A stretch of DNA of 64,000 bases from Vicinamibacterales bacterium. Lineage in GTDB: Bacteria; Acidobacteriota; Vicinamibacteria; Vicinamibacterales; SCN-69-37. Shown one piece after another: positions 31,614-40,012 of this stretch. Within the stretch, counting starts at the first letter, position 1. Each line of letters starts with the position of its first letter. A model generated the notes under the pieces. It was not told the DNA's origin. It saw nothing but the letters and a program-made list of their open reading frames with translations, and made no database searches. The stretch covers positions 5,895 to 69,894 of the forward strand of contig DASZVJ010000034.1 of the NCBI GenBank assembly GCA_035547155.1. Reading direction: 5' to 3'. A program made the translations under genes and the position numbers.

Positions 31614-32441
31614 ATGAGCGGGCAACGACGATTGATGGCCGTGCTGGCCCACCCGGACGATGAGTCGCTCGGGTTTGGCGGCACGCTCGCGAAGTACGCG
31701 GCGGAAGGCGTCGAGGTGTCGCTGGTGACCGCGACGCGCGGTGACGCGGGCCGCTACCGCGGCCAGCCTCGCGGAGACGCCGCGCATCCGGGTCCAGCGG
31801 CGCTCGGCGAGATCCGTGAGGCCGAGCTGCGCGCCGCCGCGAACGCGCTCGGCATCCACGACGTCTCGGTGCTCGGCTATCCCGATCAGCATCTCGATCG
31901 CGCCGATCCGCGCGAGGCGATCGGCCGCATCGCCGCGCACATCAGACGACGCCGTCCCGACGTCCTCGTCACCTTCGGACCGGACGGTGCGTACGGACAT
32001 CCAGATCACATTGCGATCTCGCAGCTCGCGACCGCGGCCGTTGTCTCGGCCGCCAACGCGACATCCGCCGCCGGCGACGACGACGCGGCGCCGCACGCCG
32101 TGTCGAAGCTCTACTACATCGCCTGGCCCGCATCGACGTTTCAGGCGTACGAAACGGCGATCCGTACGCTCTCGGTGACGGTCGACGAGGTCGAGCGGCG
32201 CGCGACGCCGTGGCCGGACTGGGCGATCACGACCGCGATCGACACGAGCGACATGTGGCCGACGGTCTGGCGCGCCGTGTCGTGCCACGACTCGCAGGTC
32301 GCGTCGTACGTGCGCCTGCGCGATCTGCCGCCCGACCAGCACAAAATGCTGTGGGGCCAGCAGTCGTTCTATCGCGCGCTCAGCCTGGTCAACGGCGGAC
32401 GCACGCGCGAAACCGATCTGTTCGAAGGAGTCGGACGATGA
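31614..32441 (+). CDS. PIG-L/LmbE family deacetylase
   Basis: RLMAVLAHPDDESLGFGGTLAKY and AYGHPDHIAIS are the PIG-L zinc-site motifs. ATG 31614 has AGGAG 6 nt upstream (the track starts at GTG 31611). Confidence 0.85.
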   Translation: MSGQRRLMAVLAHPDDESLGFGGTLAKYAAEGVEVSLVTATRGDAGRYRGQPRGDAAHPGPAALGEIREAELRAAANALGIHDVSVLGYPDQHLDRADPREAIGRIAAHIRRRRPDVLVTFGPDGAYGHPDHIAISQLATAAVVSAANATSAAGDDDAAPHAVSKLYYIAWPASTFQAYETAIRTLSVTVDEVERRATPWPDWAITTAIDTSDMWPTVWRAVSCHDSQVASYVRLRDLPPDQHKMLWGQQSFYRALSLVNGGRTRETDLFEGVGR

Positions 32442-33940
32442 CGAACGAATCGACTCGACACGCGCCGCTCGCGATGGATGCGGCGACGTTTCGCACGCTC
32501 GGCCATCGCCTCGTCGATCAGCTCGCGGCGTCGCTCGAGGCGATCGCGCGCGGACCAGTCACGCACGACGAGTCCCCATCGGCTGTGCGCCAGGCGCTCG
32601 ATCTCTCTGGCCCGCTTCCCGAGTCGGGCACCGATCCCGGCGCGCTGCTCGAGCGCACTGCGCAGCGGCTGTTCGCACATTCGCTGTTCAACGCGCATCC
32701 GCGCTTCTTCGGCTACATCACGGCGGGGCCCGCGCCCATCGGCGTGCTCGGCGATTTCCTCGCGTCGGCGATCAACGCGAACGCCGGCTCGTGGACGCTG
32801 GCGCCGGCTGCGACGGAGATCGAAGCGCAGACCGTGCGCTGGATCGCCGAGCTCATCGGCTATCCGGCCACGTGCGGCGGTCTGCTCGTCAGCGGCGGCA
32901 ACATGGCGAACATCGTCTGTTTTCTCGCCGCGCGCGCCGCGAACGCCAAGTGGAACGTGCGCGAACGCGGCGTCGTTGGCGCGGCCGGACAACGTCTGCG
33001 CGTCTATGGATCGGCCGAGACGCACACGTGGATTCAGAAGGCGGCAGATATCGGCGGCCTCGGTACCGACGCGATTCGATGGATTCCGACGGACGCGGAT
33101 CTCCGCATGGACGTCGCCGCCCTCCTCAAGCAGATCGAGACGGACACGGCGGCGGGCGACGTGCCGTGTCTGGTGGTCGGGACGGCGGGATCGGTGAGCA
33201 CGGGCGCCGTCGATCCGCTGCACGACCTCGCCGCCGTGTGCAAGGCACACGGCATCTGGTTCCACGTCGACGGCGCGTACGGCGGCTTCGCGGCGGCGCT
33301 GCCCGACGCGCCCGCTGATCTCCACGCGCTGGCGTTGGCCGATTCGGTCGCGGTCGATCCACACAAGTGGCTCTATGCGCCGCTCGAGGCGGGATGCACG
33401 CTCGTGCGTGATCCCGAGCGTCTGCGCGAGGCGTTCGCCTATCATCCGCCGTACTACCACTTCGACGAGCACGCGACGAACTACGTCGATTACGGCCCGC
33501 AGAACTCGCGCGGCTTTCGCGCGCTCAAGGTATGGCTCGCGCTGCAACACGCCGGTGCCGCGGGCTATCGCACCATGATCGCGGATGACATCGCGCTGTC
33601 TCGCGCGATGGCCGACGCCGTGCGCCGCCATGACGATCTCGAGCTCGTCACACAAGGGCTGAGCATCACGACGTTCCGCTGCGTGCCTCGCGACCTGCGA
33701 TCGCGGATCGGAGACGAGACGGTCGAGCGCCATCTCGATGCGCTCAACCGCACCGTGCTCGATCGCGTGCAGCGTGGCGGGGACACGTTCGTCTCGAACG
33801 CCGTCATTCGCGGCCGCTACGTGCTCCGAGCCTGCATCGTCAATTTCCGGACGACGCGCGCCGACGTGGACGCGACGGTCGAGATCGCGGCGCGACTGGG
33901 ACGCGAGGTCCACGCGGAGCTGGCGCACGCGCCACGCTGA
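32438..33940 (+). CDS. Group II pyridoxal-phosphate-dependent (aromatic-L-amino-acid-type) decarboxylase
   Basis: Track ORF 32210..33940, trimmed to ATG 32438, overlapping the PIG-L stop as ATGA. Motifs: HPRFFGYITAGPAPIGVLGDFLASAINAN, GGNMANI, and the PLP-lysine motif DPHKWLYAPLEAG. Confidence 0.85.
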   Translation: MTNESTRHAPLAMDAATFRTLGHRLVDQLAASLEAIARGPVTHDESPSAVRQALDLSGPLPESGTDPGALLERTAQRLFAHSLFNAHPRFFGYITAGPAPIGVLGDFLASAINANAGSWTLAPAATEIEAQTVRWIAELIGYPATCGGLLVSGGNMANIVCFLAARAANAKWNVRERGVVGAAGQRLRVYGSAETHTWIQKAADIGGLGTDAIRWIPTDADLRMDVAALLKQIETDTAAGDVPCLVVGTAGSVSTGAVDPLHDLAAVCKAHGIWFHVDGAYGGFAAALPDAPADLHALALADSVAVDPHKWLYAPLEAGCTLVRDPERLREAFAYHPPYYHFDEHATNYVDYGPQNSRGFRALKVWLALQHAGAAGYRTMIADDIALSRAMADAVRRHDDLELVTQGLSITTFRCVPRDLRSRIGDETVERHLDALNRTVLDRVQRGGDTFVSNAVIRGRYVLRACIVNFRTTRADVDATVEIAARLGREVHAELAHAPR

Positions 33941-33975
33941 CGGCCCAATCCTTTTTCGAAGTCAGGAGGGGCCGG

Positions 33976-34296
33976 ATGGCCTGGATGCTCTTGGTTGCGG
34001 CCGGTGTGCTCGAAGTCGTCTGGGCGTTCGCGATGAAGCGCTCGGCCGGTTTCACGAAGCCGGCCGCGTCGCTCGTCACGATCATCGCGATGCTCGCCAG
34101 CTTCGGTCTCTTGTCGATCTCGATGAAGACGCTGCCGCTCGGCACCGCGTACACGACGTGGACCGGCATCGGCGCCGTCGGCGCGTTCCTCGTCGGCGTC
34201 TTCGTGCTCGGAGAGCCGTTGACGATGACGCGCGGCCTCGCCGCTGCGCTCATCGTGGCGGGGCTGATTTTGATGAAGGTGTCGGCGGCGAGCTGA
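33976..34296 (+). CDS. sugE: SMR family small multidrug/guanidinium exporter SugE (Gdx)
   Basis: MAWMLLVAAGVLEVVWAFAMKRSAGF...LPLGTAYTTWTGIGAVGAFLVGVFVLGE is near-collinear with E. coli SugE, including the membrane Glu in LEVVW. AGGAGG SD upstream. Confidence 0.9.
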   Translation: MAWMLLVAAGVLEVVWAFAMKRSAGFTKPAASLVTIIAMLASFGLLSISMKTLPLGTAYTTWTGIGAVGAFLVGVFVLGEPLTMTRGLAAALIVAGLILMKVSAAS

Positions 34297-34315
34297 TCCG
34301 CCGCACGCGCACGTC

Positions 34316-34651
34316 TCAGGCGATTTCCATCACGCGCTGAATCGCGGACACCAGCTCGTTGAACTCGGCGCGCTCGTCGGAGAGATGCTTGCGTCCCGCT
34401 TTCGTCAGGGTGTAGTAGCGCGCGCGGCGATTGTTCTCGGATGGTCCCCACTCGGCGTCGACGTAGCCGTTGAGCAGCAGCCGCTGCAGCGCGGGATACA
34501 GCGAGCTTTCGCCGACCTGCAGCACGTCCTGCGAGAGCACCTTCAGCCGCTGCGCGATGCCGTAGCCGTGCATCGTCTCGCGCGCGAGCAGACGCAGGAT
34601 CAACAGGTCGAGCGTGCCGGGCAGCAGATCCGGCGGAACCGAACGGGCCAT
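34316..34651 (-). CDS. PadR family transcriptional regulator (ADOP-associated type but with no permease partner)
   Basis: LLPGTLDLLILRLLARETMHGYGIAQRL...ESSLYPALQRLLLNGYVDAEWGPSENNRRARYYTLTKAG. It is convergent with sugE. Confidence 0.85.
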   Translation of the reverse strand: MARSVPPDLLPGTLDLLILRLLARETMHGYGIAQRLKVLSQDVLQVGESSLYPALQRLLLNGYVDAEWGPSENNRRARYYTLTKAGRKHLSDERAEFNELVSAIQRVMEIA

Positions 34652-34819
34652 GACGTTCTCCTATCGACTTACGATGGAAGAGTGTGCGCGACCGGTGCGG
34701 TGGAAGTCAACTTGCGCCAGATCAAAGACGTGCTCGGACGGCCGCGCGAGACTGGATCGCGTGGCCCTCGGATCGCCGGACGTCTTCCGGTTTCGAGGTC
34801 GAGGGCCGGGAGGCGCATC

Positions 34820-35656
34820 GTGACGGCGTCTGAACGCACATCGACCATCGCGCACGACGAAGCGATTCCACTCGGCGCCCATCTCGACGTCGAAAAAATG
34901 CCGGCGCATTGGCTGATGGCGCGGCTCGGCAAGCGCGTGCTGCGGCCAGGCGGCATCGAGACGACGCGATGGCTCCTCGAACATGCGTCCGTGACGCCGC
35001 GCGACGAGGTGATCGAGCTCGCGCCCGGCCTGGGACGAACGGCCGCGCTAATCCTGTCGCGGCAGCCGAAGAGCTACGTCGGCGTCGAGCGCGACACGCG
35101 CGCGGCACAATTCGCCGAACGTGCGCTGACGGATGCGGGCTGGCGCGACGCGCACGTCCTGCACGCGGATGCGGCGTCCGTACCGCTTCCGGACCAGGCC
35201 GCCACGCTGCTCGTCGGCGAAGCGATGCTCAGCATGCAGACCGCGACGACGAAGCAGGCCATCATCCGCGAGGCCCATCGTCTGCTGAAGCCGGGCGGCC
35301 GCTACGTGATCCACGAGCTGGCGCTCATGCCGGACGCGATCGATCCCGCGCTGTTCGCGCGCATTCAATCCGACCTGTCGTCCGTCATTCACGTCGGCGT
35401 CCGCATCGGAACCGTGCGCGAATGGAAACAGTGGATCGAGCAGGCGGGATTCACGATCGAACAGATGACGACCGCGCCGATGCATCTGCTCGAGCCTGCG
35501 CGTCTGATTCGCGATGAAGGCGTGGCCGGTGCGGTGCGTTTCGTCTTCAACGCTCTGCGCACGCCGGGCGCACCGCGACGTTTGCGATCCGTGCGCGGCG
35601 TCTTTCGCCGGTATCGTGAGCACCTGTGCGCGATTGGCGTGATCGCGCGCGCCTGA
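34820..35656 (+). CDS. Class I SAM-dependent methyltransferase
   Basis: Track ORF 34385..35656, trimmed to GTG 34820 with GGGAGG 6 nt upstream. VIELAPGLGRTAALIL (motif I) and LLKPGGRYVIHELAL (post-II region). Confidence 0.7.
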   Translation: MTASERTSTIAHDEAIPLGAHLDVEKMPAHWLMARLGKRVLRPGGIETTRWLLEHASVTPRDEVIELAPGLGRTAALILSRQPKSYVGVERDTRAAQFAERALTDAGWRDAHVLHADAASVPLPDQAATLLVGEAMLSMQTATTKQAIIREAHRLLKPGGRYVIHELALMPDAIDPALFARIQSDLSSVIHVGVRIGTVREWKQWIEQAGFTIEQMTTAPMHLLEPARLIRDEGVAGAVRFVFNALRTPGAPRRLRSVRGVFRRYREHLCAIGVIARA

Positions 35657-35669
35657 GGAGACACGACCG

Positions 35670-36026
35670 ATGTCCTCGAAGCCGTCATCGCTCCCGCCCG
35701 CCGAAGTCCTGCCGCTGCACGGGCTGATTACGTCGACCGAACAGGGCATCGCCAGCCGCGTGCTGGCGAAGACGGACGGCGGCAATCTGACGCTGTTCGC
35801 GTTCGACGCCGGACAGGAGCTCAGCGAGCACACGTCGCCCTTCGACGCGCTCGTCATCGTCGTCGAGGGCGTCCTCGCGCTGACGATCGGCGGACGGCAG
35901 GTCCGCGCGACACCGGGCACCATCGTCCGGATGCCCGCGAACGTGCCGCACGCGGTCGAAGCGATCGAGGCGGCGCGGATGCTGCTGGTGATGCTACGAG
36001 ACATCAAGCCCGCGCCTCCTGCGTAA
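35670..36026 (+). CDS. Cupin domain protein
   Basis: GNLTLFAFDAGQELSEHTSPFDALVIVVEGVLALTIGG...MPANVPHAVEA is the two-motif cupin pattern. GAGGAG SD upstream. Confidence 0.8.
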   Translation: MSSKPSSLPPAEVLPLHGLITSTEQGIASRVLAKTDGGNLTLFAFDAGQELSEHTSPFDALVIVVEGVLALTIGGRQVRATPGTIVRMPANVPHAVEAIEAARMLLVMLRDIKPAPPA

Positions 36027-36056
36027 CTTCGATGCCGCCCGCGGGCGCGTATTCGT

Positions 36057-36084
36057 CAACTTTGAACTTCGAACTTCGAACTTT
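36057..36084. repeat. Four tandem heptamers CAACTTT-GAACTTC-GAACTTC-GAACTTT upstream of the crp/fnr-like gene
   Basis: Read directly from the sequence. It is an AT-rich 28-nt tract containing overlapping TTCGAA palindromes, 25 nt upstream of GTG 36109. A -10-like TAAGAT lies at 36097..36102. Confidence 0.6.
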
Positions 36085-36108
36085 CTGAGCTCGCCTTAAG
36101 ATGTTCGC

Positions 36109-36804
36109 GTGCCACCACACGCGCGGCCGCTGGGCTCCGTGCCGCTGTTCGAGGGACTGGACGATCGCGCGCTCGAGGCGGTCGCTGCCGACGCGCGTCT
36201 CGCCCGTGCGGCCGCGGGGCGCGCGTTCTTTCGCGAAGGCGAGCCGGCGCGCGCGTTCTATGTGCTGGCGCGTGGCCGCGTGAAATTCACGCAGGTGTCA
36301 GCAGAAGGCCACGAAGTCATCCTTCGCGTCATCGGGCCTGGCGAGCCCTTCGGCGGCGTCGCCGCGCTCGTCGATAACGGGACCTATCCCGTTACCGCGC
36401 GTGCGGTCGAGCCGTCCGACGCCCACGCGTGGGACGGCACTCGTATTGCGGCGCTCATGCAGCGATTTCCGATCGTGGCGATCAACGCGGCGCGGATGAT
36501 CGCCGATCGCTTCCACGACCTGCAGCGTCAGCATCGCGAGCTGATGACCGAGCGCGTCGAACGGCGCATCGCTCGCGCGATCCTGCGGCTTCTCGATCAG
36601 AGCGGGCGGCGTGTGGAGGCCGGCGTCGAGATTGGCTTCCCGCTCTCGCGTCAGGATTTGGCGCAGATGACGGGCACCACGCTGTTCACCGTGAGCCGGA
36701 CACTGCATCGCTGGGAGGAGGCGGGCCTCATCGCCGCCGCGCGTCGCCGCGTCGTGATCCGGGAGCCTCATCGTCTCGTACGGATCGCGGAAGATCTGCC
36801 TTGA
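36109..36804 (+). CDS. Crp/Fnr family transcriptional regulator
   Basis: cNMP-binding-like N-terminus (VPLFEGLDDRALEAVAADARL...FFREGEPARAFYVLARGRVKF) and a C-terminal HTH (LSRQDLAQMTGTTLFTVSRTLHRWEEAGLI). GTG start. Confidence 0.85.
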   Translation: MPPHARPLGSVPLFEGLDDRALEAVAADARLARAAAGRAFFREGEPARAFYVLARGRVKFTQVSAEGHEVILRVIGPGEPFGGVAALVDNGTYPVTARAVEPSDAHAWDGTRIAALMQRFPIVAINAARMIADRFHDLQRQHRELMTERVERRIARAILRLLDQSGRRVEAGVEIGFPLSRQDLAQMTGTTLFTVSRTLHRWEEAGLIAAARRRVVIREPHRLVRIAEDLP

Positions 36805-36833
36805 CGCACGCCTTTCCGAACGTAGGCGACGGG

Positions 36834-36874
36834 CTTCAGGCCGCCGCGCGGTCCGCCGGCCTGAAGGCCGGCGG
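36834..36874. terminator. GC-rich alternative hairpins between convergent genes (bidirectional terminator candidate)
   Basis: CTTCAGGCCG (36834..36843) pairs with CGGCCTGAAG (36857..36866). Alternatively CCGCCGGCC (36853..36861) pairs with GGCCGGCGG (36866..36874) around a TGAA loop. The hairpins sit between the crp-like stop (36804) and the VWA gene stop (36902). There is no U-tract. Confidence 0.4.
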
Positions 36875-36901
36875 CTACGTATGTCAAAGCGCTCATCGGG
36901 A

Positions 36902-37858
36902 CTAGTCGATCCGGTATCCCGTCCGCGTGCGTACGCGGTACTCGTCGTGTCCTCGCACAGTTACCGCGACGTCGTGCCACCCGGCGGTTTCGCCGCCGAG
37001 GACGTATCGCACGGTGTAGCCGGCTCGGAAGTCCTCGATCGCACTGGTGAACGCGTTGTCGATCAGATTCGCGTTCGCGTGACCGGTGAGCGTGCCCGGC
37101 GACGGCTGCACGATTTCGATCGCCGCGGCGGTGCTGACCCGGCTGCCGGTGAGTGTGGTGAGCCGTTCGAAGAACGCGGTGGGGCGCCGCTCGGGATGTT
37201 CGACGAACGCTCGCGGGAACGAAGCCATCTCCCAACCGCTCGACGCGGTGCGCGTCACGGCGAACACGACGGCACGCGACCGGCCCGCCAGATCGAGCAC
37301 GTCAGCCTCGCTCAGCACGCTGCCCGTGTCTCCGCCGTCGGCGAACACGACCGCGAGATGACGACGATCCGGCGGCACGGGCGCGGCGAGCATGACGCCG
37401 AGCACGTCGTTCAACGGCGTGTGCGTGCCCCAGTTCGATGGCTGCCCCAGCTTGACGCCCGCCGCGTCTGGCGTCACCAGCGCCGCGAGCGTCCTGATGC
37501 GATCGGCAAACGTCAGGACCGACACGCGATCGGTGGGCTTCAGATGATCGCGAATCCGGCCGATCGTGCGCTCGATCTGCGCGATCAGGACTCGACTCTG
37601 CATCTCACTCATGTCGACGGCGACGGTCAGATCGATCGGCTGCACGTCGCGCGAGACGCTCACGATCTGCTGCTCGATCCGGTTGTCGCGGACCTCGAAA
37701 TCGGCGGGCCCGAGATCGAGCACCGGCGTCTTTCCGGCGATCACGCTCACGTTGAGCTCGACGGCATGGACGCCGCCTCGGAATTGGACGGGACCGGCCG
37801 CGAATGTCGCGACGCCGAGCGCGAACATGAGCAGGATGGTCGCAACGCGCGCGCTCAT
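36902..37858 (-). CDS. VWFA-related domain protein (acidobacterial type), secreted
   Basis: Track ORF 36902..38392, trimmed to ATG 37858, which overlaps the upstream stop as ATGA. Signal peptide MSARVATILLMFALGVATFAAG. The N-terminal FRGGVHAVELNVSV...LGPADFEVRDNRIEQQIVSVS is typical of the acidobacterial VWFA-related family. Confidence 0.65.
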   Translation of the reverse strand: MSARVATILLMFALGVATFAAGPVQFRGGVHAVELNVSVIAGKTPVLDLGPADFEVRDNRIEQQIVSVSRDVQPIDLTVAVDMSEMQSRVLIAQIERTIGRIRDHLKPTDRVSVLTFADRIRTLAALVTPDAAGVKLGQPSNWGTHTPLNDVLGVMLAAPVPPDRRHLAVVFADGGDTGSVLSEADVLDLAGRSRAVVFAVTRTASSGWEMASFPRAFVEHPERRPTAFFERLTTLTGSRVSTAAAIEIVQPSPGTLTGHANANLIDNAFTSAIEDFRAGYTVRYVLGGETAGWHDVAVTVRGHDEYRVRTRTGYRID

Positions 37859-38931
37859 CGGCGGCTCATTTCTCTGAGCGTATCGATCCGCGCCTGAAAG
37901 AACCGCGCGTCGCCATCGCGATACGACCGCCACGGATCGACGACGGGATCTGGCGCCGCCTTGATCGCGGCGAGCTGCTCGGCGACGTCCGCCGAGCGCT
38001 GGCGTTTCATCTGAAGCGCCATGATGGCGATTCGCGCGGACTCGGCCGATGGCACGATCCGCAGCGCGTCCTGATACGTCGCGACAGCGTCGTCCGGCCG
38101 ATCGAGTGCCTCGAGCGCCTGCCCGCGCAGCAAATGCTGCCAATAGCGATACGTGACATCGCTCGTCCACGCATCGTCGAAATCCGTGAGCACCGCCATC
38201 GCCTCTCCGGAGCGTTTCATGCGCATGAGCAGCCGCGCTGCGCGCAGCGTGGCCTCCGCACGTATCTCGCCCGCACCGGCGGCGGCTGCCTGCCGATAGT
38301 GTTTCAACGCATCGGGGCCGAGGACGTCGAGCCCTTCGGGGCGATCGATGGTGATGAGCTCGAGCGAGAATCCGCGCGCGATCTCCACCCACGGCACGAC
38401 CAACACTTGCGCCTCACCAACCGGCGCCGGGACTGCTGCGATGCGCGCGGCCATCGGCTTCACGCCCGCGCGCTCTCTCACGAACGGATCCTGAAGCGTG
38501 TCGAGAAATGCCACCGTGGTTTGATGCCAGAGCACTTCGAAGGCGTCGGCATCTGGATTCGCGCCCGGTGGTTCCGGTCGATTCGACAAGAACGTGGAGC
38601 CGAGCGTGAGGAAGCTCTCCCAGCCCTGATAGCTGTGACGTCTCCCATCCGTCGCCACGGCGATCTCGAGCATGAACGCCGCCTGCAGTCGCGTACGCGG
38701 GCCGCGCTGCCATTCGGGCAGCACGCGTGATTCGAAGTCGGCGCGAAACTGCTCGAACCGCTGCCCCGTGGTCATCGAGCTCAGCGCGTCCGACATCACA
38801 CGAGGCCCCTGCGCTCGATAGGCGTCGAACAACGCGTCGGCCATCATGCGACCGGGCCGCTGCGCCAGAAGCGTCGCGCTCAGCACGATCGAGGCGCTCG
38901 CGACACACACGGTCCATCGCGGCGTTGTCAT
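37855..38931 (-). CDS. Secreted hypothetical protein with a TPR-like C-terminal region
   Basis: Signal peptide MTTPRWTVCVASASIVLSATLLAQ. TPR-like helices (YRYWQHLLRGQALEALDRPDDAVATYQDALRIVP). Confidence 0.5.
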   Translation of the reverse strand: MTTPRWTVCVASASIVLSATLLAQRPGRMMADALFDAYRAQGPRVMSDALSSMTTGQRFEQFRADFESRVLPEWQRGPRTRLQAAFMLEIAVATDGRRHSYQGWESFLTLGSTFLSNRPEPPGANPDADAFEVLWHQTTVAFLDTLQDPFVRERAGVKPMAARIAAVPAPVGEAQVLVVPWVEIARGFSLELITIDRPEGLDVLGPDALKHYRQAAAAGAGEIRAEATLRAARLLMRMKRSGEAMAVLTDFDDAWTSDVTYRYWQHLLRGQALEALDRPDDAVATYQDALRIVPSAESARIAIMALQMKRQRSADVAEQLAAIKAAPDPVVDPWRSYRDGDARFFQARIDTLREMSRR

Positions 38932-38964
38932 TGGGCGGAGCTTGCAGTCTAGACCATCTTCCTG

Positions 38965-39582
38965 TCAGCCGCGCTCGCCGGTTTCCGCGCGCATCCGAGC
39001 GAAGACGGCCTTCCTGTCGGCGACCGAGATCTGCTTGTCGATCATCGGATAGAGGATGTGCTCCTCTTTGACGTTGTGCGCGGCGAGCACCTCGAGCAGC
39101 GTGGACTCGTCCGCGTCGACGCTCGTCTCGTTTTCCTGGAGCGCCGCGTCGATCGAATCGAGCAAGGCTCTGATTTGACGATGCTCGGTGCGCATCACGA
39201 CGGTCGGTCCGTTGTCCGTGAGCCCCGTGAGCCGCTCGAACAGCGGAAACAGGATGTCGTCCTCCCACCCGATGTGACGCTCCAGCCGCGTCTTGAACGC
39301 GCGGTACATGGCGAGCACGGCCGGCCGATCGCCCGTCTTCGACGCACGGAACTCCTCGAGCAGTCGATCGATGTCATCGTGATCGACGGCGTAGCGGGAC
39401 GAGATCGTCACCGGTGCGTCCTTCACTTCCACTTCGCGGATCACCCATCCTTCGTCGGCCTCTTCATGCTTGCGTTCGGCGTCGACCCGCGCGGCGCGAC
39501 GGCTGGCCCGAGACAGCGTGACGAACAGCACCGCCACACCAAAGACGACGGCGACGATCGCCACTGACCACTGCATCAACAT
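38965..39582 (-). CDS. Membrane-anchored hemerythrin (HHE cation-binding) domain protein
   Basis: N-terminal TM (WSVAIVAVVFGVAVLFVTL), then hemerythrin His/Glu motifs: HIGWEDDILFPLFE, EHRQIRALL, HNVKEEHILYPMID. Confidence 0.75.
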   Translation of the reverse strand: MLMQWSVAIVAVVFGVAVLFVTLSRASRRAARVDAERKHEEADEGWVIREVEVKDAPVTISSRYAVDHDDIDRLLEEFRASKTGDRPAVLAMYRAFKTRLERHIGWEDDILFPLFERLTGLTDNGPTVVMRTEHRQIRALLDSIDAALQENETSVDADESTLLEVLAAHNVKEEHILYPMIDKQISVADRKAVFARMRAETGERG

Positions 39583-39704
39583 GAGGCGCTCATCCAGCGT
39601 TCATTCTGTCGGGCGCGCGCGTCCCCGACGTTGCGCTGGCGCAAATCGCGCGGACGGCCGTTGGTCATTGCGTTTCCGCAACGTCCGCGGCCGACACATG
39701 CGCG

Positions 39705-39977
39705 ATGCTCGTCGACATGACGACGCACCTGCACGTCCAGCCTGACCAGCTCTACCCGTTCGACGCGCGCGGCATCGCCAGGCGCTTCCGGCACGCCGCC
39801 GTTTTCGGCGCCCTCGACGCGCTCGTGCCGGGCGAAACGATGCGATTCTGCAACGACCACGATCCGCTCCCGCTCCTCGCGCAGATCGAGACCCGCTACG
39901 GTAATGCCGTCGCCATCGAGTACATCCAGCGCGTGCCGGGAGAAATCGTCATCGACTTCGCGAAGCGGTCTGCCTGA
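39705..39977 (+). CDS. DUF2249 domain protein
   Basis: LDARGIARRFRHAAVFGALDALVPGETMRFCNDHDPLPLLAQIETRYG is DUF2249-like. The family is commonly adjacent to hemerythrin genes. An alternative start is ATG 39717. Confidence 0.6.
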   Translation: MLVDMTTHLHVQPDQLYPFDARGIARRFRHAAVFGALDALVPGETMRFCNDHDPLPLLAQIETRYGNAVAIEYIQRVPGEIVIDFAKRSA

Positions 39978-40012
39978 GCGGCGCGATCCCGATGTAGAAT
40001 CCGGCCTCGCCC

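Noticed and set aside
33941-33975. A possible guanidine riboswitch (ykkC, mini-ykkC or guanidine-III) upstream of sugE, since Gdx/SugE genes are classic riboswitch targets.
   Set aside because: The intergenic space is only 35 nt and contains just the AGGAGG SD. There is no pair of ACGR-loop hairpins and no ykkC-like conserved stems. sugE looks co-transcribed with the decarboxylase instead.
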